Origin: Bacteroidales bacterium
GTDB taxonomy: Bacteria; Bacteroidota; Bacteroidia; Bacteroidales; UBA932
Direction: 5' to 3'
Assembly: GCA_017650285.1 (NCBI GenBank)
Contig: JAGCFF010000058.1
Location: 1-35,472, forward strand
Length of the DNA: 35,472 bases
Part shown: piece after piece, positions 13,807 to 25,466 of the stretch
Layout of the letters: each line of letters starts with the position of its first letter
How positions within the stretch are numbered: position 1 is the stretch's first letter
Program-made: the position numbers and the translations under genes
The notes under the pieces: generated by a model
What the model saw: the letters and a program-made list of their open reading frames with translations, nothing else
Told to the model about the DNA's origin: nothing
Database searches by the model: none

Positions 13807-14910
13807 TCAGTTTTCGGGAACCAGGTTCAGCACCACATATTCGCTCCTCGTTCCTATGCGGAACTTGCCGCCCCAGATTCCCATACCCGATGTTATATAA
13901 TAGTTGGTGTTTCCTTTTGCGTAACGTCCGTATGACTTCTCGAACTTGAGACGTGTCACTATCGTCGCGGGCCAGATCTGTCCGTTGTGCGTGTGGCCGC
14001 TGAACTGGAAGTCGATTCCTGCTTCTTCGGCTTCTTCAAGATGCTCGGGCTGATGGTCGAGCAGGATCGAGAACTTGCTCCGGTCAGAGCCGGAGAGGAC
14101 GTGCCCGAGAGGCTGCCTGCTGTATTTGTTGGAGTTGTCGTCCCGTCCTATGATTACGATGCCGCAGTCTTCGGCCCACCCGTTTTTCAGAAGACGGATG
14201 CCGGCTTCCCTGTAGAAGTCTTCAGACTGGGCGATGCCTGCATAATATTCGTGATTGCCGAGGCAGGCGTAGACCGGAGCTTCGATCCTGCGGAACTCGG
14301 CGGCATCGTCGTCATCCTCGAGCGCGCGGATGGAACGGTCTATCAGGTCTCCTCCGAACAGGACCAGGTCCGGGTGCTCGGCATTGATCATATCGACCCA
14401 TTTGGCGAGATCGGCCCTGCGGTTGTGATATCCGATGTGTAGGTCGCTGGCAAATACCGCCTTGACCGGCCGGCTGATCTTCTGGGAAGTCAGGGTGATC
14501 TCTTCCCTGTATTTGTGCCTGTAATGGATTCCGCCGTAGACCAGCAGCACCGCTATGGTGCCGAAGACCAGAGCAGTCCCGGCCCAGCTGTCGGAGTGGA
14601 TGCCGGACGGCAGCACGCGGCAAAGCTGGAGCACCCTCATCAGCACGAACAGCAGCATGGCGTACAGCGAGAATATGAGGCAGGTATTGCCGGTCACATA
14701 GAGTGCTGACGCCACGCCCATCGGGAAATGGCTGACCCTTCCGCTGATGGAGATGAAGAACCCGGCGAATGCAAGCAGATAGAGGCCCACAGCCGTCCAT
14801 TTCCACAGGTTGGAAAGCGGAAGGATGCGGTAGATGCAGAAAGCTACATATCCCAATGCGGCAAAAGCTGACAACATTATGATCATTCCGGTGAGTTTTG
14901 TGAAATCCAT
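13807..14910 (-). CDS. Membrane-anchored metallophosphoesterase (calcineurin-like, YkuE/YaeI-type)
   Basis: The track start 14919 is TTG; the ATG at 14910 gives 'MDFTKLTGMIIMLSAF'. Four to five N-terminal TM helices are followed by the motifs 'DLHIG', 'GGDLID', 'GNHEY' and 'GHTHNG'. Confidence 0.85.
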   Translation of the reverse strand: MDFTKLTGMIIMLSAFAALGYVAFCIYRILPLSNLWKWTAVGLYLLAFAGFFISISGRVSHFPMGVASALYVTGNTCLIFSLYAMLLFVLMRVLQLCRVLPSGIHSDSWAGTALVFGTIAVLLVYGGIHYRHKYREEITLTSQKISRPVKAVFASDLHIGYHNRRADLAKWVDMINAEHPDLVLFGGDLIDRSIRALEDDDDAAEFRRIEAPVYACLGNHEYYAGIAQSEDFYREAGIRLLKNGWAEDCGIVIIGRDDNSNKYSRQPLGHVLSGSDRSKFSILLDHQPEHLEEAEEAGIDFQFSGHTHNGQIWPATIVTRLKFEKSYGRYAKGNTNYYITSGMGIWGGKFRIGTRSEYVVLNLVPEN

Positions 14911-14926
14911 CAAATGCAAATTTATG

Positions 14927-14934
14927 TATATTTG
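14927..14934 (+). promoter_or_regulatory. Candidate -7 box for the lytic transglycosylase gene
   Basis: An exact 'TATATTTG' lies 30 nt upstream of the ATG at 14964. A mirror 'TAAATTTG' on the minus strand (14917-14924) faces the metallophosphoesterase gene. Confidence 0.35.
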
Positions 14935-14963
14935 CTGAAGCTATGATGCAAATATTCACGACC

Positions 14964-15929
14964 ATGAAAACAATTCTCCTGCTGGCTGTCCTCGTCTCCG
15001 TCAATTTCTGTTCCTCTACGGCCTCTGCCGGCGGATCTTCAGCTGCCGCTCCCGAGCGTGTCGACCCCGATTCCCTCAGGGCCGTCATCAAGGCCGAGCT
15101 TATGGAAGAGATAGCCGACGAACTGCAGCGTCTCCATCCCGAAACCCCTTCAGTGCCCGAGTCGATAGAGTTTGCAGGGAAGACCTACAGGTTCGATACC
15201 GACTGGATGTACGAGAGGATGGACCGCGAGCTCATTGCCTTCACATATATGCACACCAATTCCACTTTGATGCTCAAGAGGTCGGCTAGGTATTTCGCCC
15301 AGGTCGTGCCGATCCTCAAGGCCAACGGAGTTCCTGAAGACCTGAAGTACCTGATGGCAATCGAGAGCAACCTTGACCCCAAGGCGCTGTCGACCTCAGG
15401 AGCCGCCGGCCTCTGGCAGTTCCTTAAGAGCACGGCACCCCAGTACGGCCTGGAGGTCTCTGCCGAAGTGGATGAAAGATACAACATAGAGAAGGAAACC
15501 GAGGCTGCCTGCAAGTATCTCAAGGAAGCCTATGCAAAGTACGGCGACTGGATGACCGTTGCCGCCAGCTACAACGCGGGGCAGGGGGGCATCAGCAGGC
15601 GCATCAGCGACCAGAAGCAGTCTTCGGCCTTCAACCTCTATCTCCCCGAGGAGACTTCGAGGTATATGTTCCGCATCCTGGTCGCCAAGATGTTCTTCGA
15701 GAATCCGGAGTCTTTCGGCTTTTCGGTGCCCGAGGAGGATTACTATCCTTACAGGGCTCCGCGCAAGGTGGTGACTGTGGACTACTCCATCCCTTCGCTG
15801 GTGGATTTCGCTGCTGACAACGGTGTTACATATGCCGATCTGCGCAATGCAAACCTCTGGCTCATAGGTACGAAGCTCACCAACACCAAAGGGAAGGCCT
15901 ACAAGATCATCATCCCTGCGACAAAGTAA
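14964..15929 (+). CDS. Lytic transglycosylase (SLT/MltD-like) domain protein
   Basis: The SLT catalytic block is 'LMAIESNLDPKALSTSGAAGLWQF' (catalytic Glu in ES) followed by 'AASYNAGQGGI'. The ATG at 14964 gives the signal peptide 'MKTILLLAVLVSVNFCSS'. The ATGs at 14943/14946 would sit within about 10 nt of the putative -7 box. Confidence 0.85.
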   Translation: MKTILLLAVLVSVNFCSSTASAGGSSAAAPERVDPDSLRAVIKAELMEEIADELQRLHPETPSVPESIEFAGKTYRFDTDWMYERMDRELIAFTYMHTNSTLMLKRSARYFAQVVPILKANGVPEDLKYLMAIESNLDPKALSTSGAAGLWQFLKSTAPQYGLEVSAEVDERYNIEKETEAACKYLKEAYAKYGDWMTVAASYNAGQGGISRRISDQKQSSAFNLYLPEETSRYMFRILVAKMFFENPESFGFSVPEEDYYPYRAPRKVVTVDYSIPSLVDFAADNGVTYADLRNANLWLIGTKLTNTKGKAYKIIIPATK

Positions 15930-15997
15930 TTTTATCAACAGGCTTTGCTGTTCAGCAGTTTTTTTCATACCTTTAGGTTAACTAAAACCTTTTTGAT

Positions 15998-16669
15998 ATG
16001 AAGAAATATTTTGCTGAGTGCGTCGGAACATTCGTTCTGACACTTCTGGGCTGCGGAACCGCAATGTTCCTCGGCTGCAACACTCCTGCCGGAGTGGTTG
16101 GTACCGCAATTGCCTTCGGTCTTTCAGTTATCGCCATGGCTTACACCATCGGCGGTGTATCCGGATGCCACATCAATCCTGCCATCACCTTCGGTGTCGC
16201 CCTCGCAGGCCGTATGAGCTGGAAGGATGCCTGCGGCTACTGGTGCGGACAGATCATCGGTGCCATCATTGCCGGTGCAATCCTGCTTCTTCTCACCAAT
16301 GTGGTTGCCGCTCCTGACCTGACAGGCGGCCTCGGAACCAACGGTGTTGCCAATGCAGGCGGAGCCGGCGGAGCATTGCTCGTAGAGTGCCTCGCTACCT
16401 TCCTGTTCGTCCTCGTTGTTCTCGGTACTACCGATCCCAAGGTAGGTGCCGGTAACCTCGCAGGCCTGGCAATCGGTCTTTCACTCATCCTGATCCACCT
16501 GGTTTGCATCAACCTGACCGGTACATCAGTGAACCCCGCCCGTTCTATCGGACCGGCTCTCTTCGCCGGCGGTGAAGCCCTCAAGAATGTATGGGTATTC
16601 ATCCTTGGCCCTATGGTAGGCGGCGCCCTCGCTGTTCCCGTATGGAATGCAATCGCTCCCAAGAAGTAG
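15998..16669 (+). CDS. aqpZ: Aquaporin Z (MIP family water channel)
   Basis: 223 aa with six TM segments and both NPA boxes, 'HINPAITFG' and 'SVNPARSIG'. Confidence 0.95.
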   Translation: MKKYFAECVGTFVLTLLGCGTAMFLGCNTPAGVVGTAIAFGLSVIAMAYTIGGVSGCHINPAITFGVALAGRMSWKDACGYWCGQIIGAIIAGAILLLLTNVVAAPDLTGGLGTNGVANAGGAGGALLVECLATFLFVLVVLGTTDPKVGAGNLAGLAIGLSLILIHLVCINLTGTSVNPARSIGPALFAGGEALKNVWVFILGPMVGGALAVPVWNAIAPKK

Positions 16670-16694
16670 AGCTCTCATCATCTTTAACATCTGA

Positions 16695-16732
16695 AACGCA
16701 ACGGGCTGCTGCAGTCCGTTGCGTTTTTTTTG
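16695..16732 (+). terminator. Rho-independent terminator of aqpZ
   Basis: A perfect 10-bp stem, 'aacgcaacgg' (16695-16704) with 'ccgttgcgtt' (16716-16725), has an 11-nt loop and is followed by an 8-T run (16724-16731). Confidence 0.75.
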
Positions 16733-16740
16733 TACATTTG
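16733..16740 (+). promoter_or_regulatory. Candidate -7 box for the patatin-Omp85 gene
   Basis: An exact 'TACATTTG' lies 36 nt upstream of the ATG at 16776, immediately after the aqpZ terminator. Confidence 0.4.
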
Positions 16741-16775
16741 TGTATTGTGTAATACCATATTCATTCAGAGGATTG

Positions 16776-22088
<5,313 letters not shown>

Positions 22089-22161
22089 GTTTTGCATTTT
22101 CATACTATCTGCGTAAATTAGTGTCCGCTAAATTCGAAATCAACCAATAACAATATCTAAA

Positions 22162-22623
22162 ATGGCAAACTTTCAAGACATTCTGCTGCAGCAAGTGAAA
22201 AAGGCTGCCGGCAACATTGAAATCCCCGCTAATGTCCAGAACACCGTTCTCAACGGCCTTTCTGACTCTATCTTCGGCAGCCTCACCCAGACTGCAATGA
22301 AGGCAGGCGGCATCGACCAGATCACAAGCCTCCTTACCGGCAAGTCAAATGCTGCTACCAGCCCTGTGACTGCACTGGCAGGCAAGCTGTTCACCAACAA
22401 CATCCTCAACAAGCTGAATCTCGGCAGCATGCTCAACGGCAAGCTCTCAGCCCTGATTCCCACCATCATCGCAGGTCTTTCAAGCATCATCAAGGACCAG
22501 GACGGTGACGGCGACATTGACCTTCAGGATGTGCTCATCACCATCAAGGGTGGCAACAAGGGCGGCAGCCGCGGTGGCGGACTCCTTGGCGGTATCCTCG
22601 GCGGTATCCTCGGAAGGAAATAG
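22162..22623 (+). CDS. Hypothetical small protein with one EF-hand-type Ca-binding loop and a C-terminal glycine zipper
   Basis: 153 aa with no signal peptide and an Ala/Leu/Gly/Asn-rich amphipathic N-terminal part. It has a 12-residue loop 'DQDGDGDIDLQD' (nt 22495-22530) and the tail 'GGSRGGGLLGGILGGILGRK'. It is bounded by its own terminator. The reality of the CDS is supported mainly by its length and isolated position. Confidence 0.6.
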   Translation: MANFQDILLQQVKKAAGNIEIPANVQNTVLNGLSDSIFGSLTQTAMKAGGIDQITSLLTGKSNAATSPVTALAGKLFTNNILNKLNLGSMLNGKLSALIPTIIAGLSSIIKDQDGDGDIDLQDVLITIKGGNKGGSRGGGLLGGILGGILGRK

Positions 22624-22643
22624 TCCCAACGACATAAGATTGG

Positions 22644-22676
22644 AATCCCTGTCTGGACAAGGCAGGGATTTTTTTA
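22644..22676 (+). terminator. Rho-independent terminator
   Basis: The stem 'aatccctgtc' (22644-22653) pairs with 'ggcagggatt' (22661-22670) with one G-U pair. The loop is 7 nt and a 7-T run follows. Confidence 0.65.
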
Positions 22677-22684
22677 TATCTTTG
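22677..22684 (+). promoter_or_regulatory. Candidate -7 box for the YidE/YbjL transporter gene
   Basis: An exact 'TATCTTTG' lies 24 nt upstream of the GTG start at 22708. Confidence 0.4.
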
Positions 22685-22707
22685 CCGCCGCAAAATGTAC
22701 CGTTGAC

Positions 22708-24381
22708 GTGAAAGATCTGTTGACACAAGGTGGCACTGCAGGCGCCATTTTCATTCTCGCGCTTGTGATCGCATCCGGCCTGTACCTGGGCAAGTTCAAG
22801 ATAAAAGGTTTGTCCATTGGCAGCGTCTGGATCCTGTTCGCGGGTATCCTTCTCGGACACCTCGGCCTCAGGGTGGATCCCGTAATGCTTTCGTTCATCA
22901 AGGAGTTCGGACTGGTGCTGTTCGTGTTCACGATCGGCCTCCAGGTGGGCCCCGGTTTCTTCCGTTCGTTCCGCCGCGACGGCCTGCCTATGAATCTGCT
23001 GGCAGTGGGAATGGTGTTGCTCGCAGTGGTCACCACCTATGTCATCCACCTCATCAGTGGTGAGAACATAGGAATAATGACCGGCATAATGTCCGGTGCC
23101 GTGACCAACACGCCCGGCCTCGGTGCCGCGCAGCAGACGCTCTATGACGCTCCGGTAGTCACCGATGAGATCGTAGCTGCGGCATCGTCCATCGGCTCTG
23201 CCTATGCCGTGGCCTATCCGCTCGGAGTGCTTGGAGCCATAGCCGTGCTGCTGTTGTCAAGGAAGCTGTTCAAGGTGGATATCGACAAGGAAAAGGAGAA
23301 ATCATCCAAAGACGAAAGCATCGATGACAATGCATACCGCCTGGCCTGCAGGGTCAAGAATCCCGCCCTGTTCGGCAAGACCATCCACGAAATAGTGGGA
23401 GAGGAGAATGCCGACCATCTGGTCATCTCCCGTATGAAACGGGGCGAATGGGTGTTCTTCCCCGATCTCGAGCTTCCCCTTAAAGAAGGAGACGAACTGC
23501 TCATAGTGACCGACGTGCACCACAAGGACAAGGCAGGCATCATTTTCGGAGAAGTCTTCCCGGTCAATATGAAGGAATGGCAGCAGACAGGTGCCAGACT
23601 GGTCACCCGCAGGCTCACCATCACGAAGCCCAATATCACCGGCGCCAGCCTCCGCAAGCTTGACGTACGCCACAAATATGGAGTTACAGTTACCCGCATC
23701 CTCCGTGCCGGTGTGGACCTCCAGGCCGATGCGGACCTGATACTCCAGGTCGGTGACAGCATCCAGGTGGTAGGCTCGGAAGAGGACATCAACAGACTTG
23801 CGAAACTTGTGGGCAACGAGCCTGAAATGCTCCAGAAACCCAATCTCATACCTATCTTCTTCGGCATAGCCCTCGGAGTCCTCGTGGGTTTGATCCCGAT
23901 CCGCTTCCCGTCGATGCCGCAGCCCCTCAAGCTCGGTATGGCAGGCGGCCCGCTCATCGTAGCCATCCTGCTCGGCGCCTTCGGCCCCAAGTTCGGAATC
24001 ACCACTTATACAGCGACCAGCGCCAACCTGATGGTGCGCGAGATAGGCATATCGCTCTTTATGGCTGCCGTGGGTCTTGATGCCGGAAAAACCTTCGTCT
24101 CCAGCCTTCTCGGGGGCGGTTATATGTGGGTGCTCTACGGTGCCCTCATCACCGTCATCCCTATGATCGTCATTGCCGTCATAGCGCGCACCGTAATGAA
24201 GTTCGATTTCTTCAAGATATGCGGTCTGCTTTCCGGCGGAACCACCGATCCGGCTCTGCTCTCGTTCTCCGAGCAGCTCTTCGGCAACGGCCGCATCGCC
24301 CTGAACTACACCACGGTCTATCCTCTGACTATGTTCCTGAGGGTCGTCGCGGCGCAGGTGATGATAATGCTGATGTTCTGA
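22708..24381 (+). CDS. YidE/YbjL family transporter (AAE aspartate:alanine-exchanger-like, duplicated membrane domain with two central RCK_C/TrkA_C domains)
   Basis: 557 aa, collinear by eye with E. coli YidE ('FVFTIGLQVGPGFF', 'GAVTNTPGLGAAQQ', 'LKLGMAGGPLIVAILLG', 'GGTTDPALLSF', 'YTTVYPLTMFLRV'). It starts at GTG, and there is no in-frame ATG nearby. Confidence 0.9.
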   Translation: MKDLLTQGGTAGAIFILALVIASGLYLGKFKIKGLSIGSVWILFAGILLGHLGLRVDPVMLSFIKEFGLVLFVFTIGLQVGPGFFRSFRRDGLPMNLLAVGMVLLAVVTTYVIHLISGENIGIMTGIMSGAVTNTPGLGAAQQTLYDAPVVTDEIVAAASSIGSAYAVAYPLGVLGAIAVLLLSRKLFKVDIDKEKEKSSKDESIDDNAYRLACRVKNPALFGKTIHEIVGEENADHLVISRMKRGEWVFFPDLELPLKEGDELLIVTDVHHKDKAGIIFGEVFPVNMKEWQQTGARLVTRRLTITKPNITGASLRKLDVRHKYGVTVTRILRAGVDLQADADLILQVGDSIQVVGSEEDINRLAKLVGNEPEMLQKPNLIPIFFGIALGVLVGLIPIRFPSMPQPLKLGMAGGPLIVAILLGAFGPKFGITTYTATSANLMVREIGISLFMAAVGLDAGKTFVSSLLGGGYMWVLYGALITVIPMIVIAVIARTVMKFDFFKICGLLSGGTTDPALLSFSEQLFGNGRIALNYTTVYPLTMFLRVVAAQVMIMLMF

Positions 24382-24388
24382 CGATAAA

Positions 24389-24424
24389 GAACGGGCGGCC
24401 TTCGAGGACCGCCCGTTTCTTTTA
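24389..24424. terminator. Bidirectional rho-independent terminator shared by convergent genes
   Basis: The stem 'gaacgggcgg' (24389-24398) pairs with 'ccgcccgttt' (24409-24418). It has a T-run on the plus strand and an A-rich flank on the other side. It abuts the stop (24422-24424) of the minus-strand regulator. Confidence 0.7.
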
Positions 24425-24712
24425 TTTACCTGCAGAGAGATATTCCTGCAGTGCCGTGACGTAAGTGCTGAAGGCTTCCCGTCCGGCCGGTGTCATCCGG
24501 CAGGTGGTCCGGGGCATCTTGCCTTTGAAGCCTTTCTCCACGGTGATGTAGCCGGCTGCGCTCAGCTTGTCGATCTGGACGCTCAGATTTCCGGATGTGG
24601 CCCCCGTCTGCTTCTTTATGTAGGTGAAGTCCGCATCTTCGACGCCGGCGAGGATTGACATCACAGCCAGCCTCAGTTCCGAGTGAAGGATAGGGTCGAG
24701 TTTCGGAAACAT
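24422..24712 (-). CDS. Small winged-helix transcriptional regulator (HTH_34/MarR-like)
   Basis: 96 aa; 'LHSELRLAVMSILAGVEDADFTYIKKQTGATSGNLSVQIDKLSAAGYITVEKGFKGKMPRT' is a classic wHTH with a wing. Confidence 0.8.
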   Translation of the reverse strand: MFPKLDPILHSELRLAVMSILAGVEDADFTYIKKQTGATSGNLSVQIDKLSAAGYITVEKGFKGKMPRTTCRMTPAGREAFSTYVTALQEYLSAGK

Positions 24713-24716
24713 TGCG

Positions 24717-25292
24717 TTATCTGTATTGGAGTTTGACGATTATACCAGTGATGACAAGCAGGAGGCCGCCAAGGGTGAAGAGCAGAAGCTGAGCCTCTGA
24801 TTTCAGCAGAACGGCAGCTACGGCTCCGCCGATGCCCATTATGATTCCGGAAATGGCTATCGGCCAGTTTTTGAGGATGACTCCGGAGATAGTCTCGGCA
24901 AGTCCCAGCATAATGACAATGATGAGAGTGATGTTCATCGGTACTGCAAATACTGCGATTGCACTCAAGGTCACTGAAAACAGACCGAAAACAGCCCAGC
25001 TAAGCCCGAGCAGACGAGAGATTTCGTTTTTCGGCTGAACTTCTTTTTTCCTGTCGATCAAAGCAGCAAGACAGTAGCCTATGACAGGCATTGCGAACCA
25101 CAGAAGGTTCCAGTTTGCGCTGCCTGTACCGTGCCAAAGGAAATAGATGAGCAGTGAAAGCACTGTGAGCAAAGCACCCCATAATACAAAATGCTTGGCA
25201 TTGTGGCTGAGGATCGCCCTGCGGCTGTTGTTCATTGTTTCTGCGATGAGAGCAAGGCTCTCGCTCGCCGTCATTTCTTTGTTCTTTTCCAT
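24717..25292 (-). CDS. Hypothetical integral membrane protein (5-6 TM), co-transcribed with the wHTH regulator
   Basis: 191 aa with a short soluble N-terminus followed by hydrophobic helices. Its stop is 4 nt upstream of the regulator ATG. Confidence 0.7.
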   Translation of the reverse strand: MEKNKEMTASESLALIAETMNNSRRAILSHNAKHFVLWGALLTVLSLLIYFLWHGTGSANWNLLWFAMPVIGYCLAALIDRKKEVQPKNEISRLLGLSWAVFGLFSVTLSAIAVFAVPMNITLIIVIMLGLAETISGVILKNWPIAISGIIMGIGGAVAAVLLKSEAQLLLFTLGGLLLVITGIIVKLQYR

Positions 25293-25355
25293 TGTTTCAA
25301 TAATTAAACTTGTTTGGGGCCAAGTACAGCTGCGCAGTCTGTCTTAACCGCAATG

Positions 25356-25363
25356 CAAATGTA
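25356..25363 (-). promoter_or_regulatory. Candidate -7 box for the membrane-protein/wHTH pair
   Basis: Plus-strand 'CAAATGTA' is minus-strand 'TACATTTG', about 63 nt upstream of the ATG at 25292. Confidence 0.3.
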
Positions 25364-25406
25364 AACAAGTTTATAATATAAACCAAATAAATTTGAAGAT
25401 TTTTTA

Positions 25407-25443
25407 CAAAAAAAGGCAGGGGCCCTTTGAGGGGACACCTGCC
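25407..25443 (-). terminator. Probable terminator of the outer-membrane receptor gene
   Basis: An imperfect hairpin, 'ggcagg' (25415-25420) with 'cctgcc' (25438-25443) plus inner ccc/ggg pairs, is followed on the minus strand by a T-run (plus-strand A-run 25407-25414). Confidence 0.45.
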
Positions 25444-25466
25444 GCACTTGATGTATTATAGGAGTG

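Noticed and set aside
15930-15997. A possible terminator after the transglycosylase gene ('gctgttcagc' followed by a T-run at ~15955-15965).
   Set aside because: The stem is only 4 bp with a 2-nt loop, which is too weak to report as a feature. The T-run may still contribute to termination.
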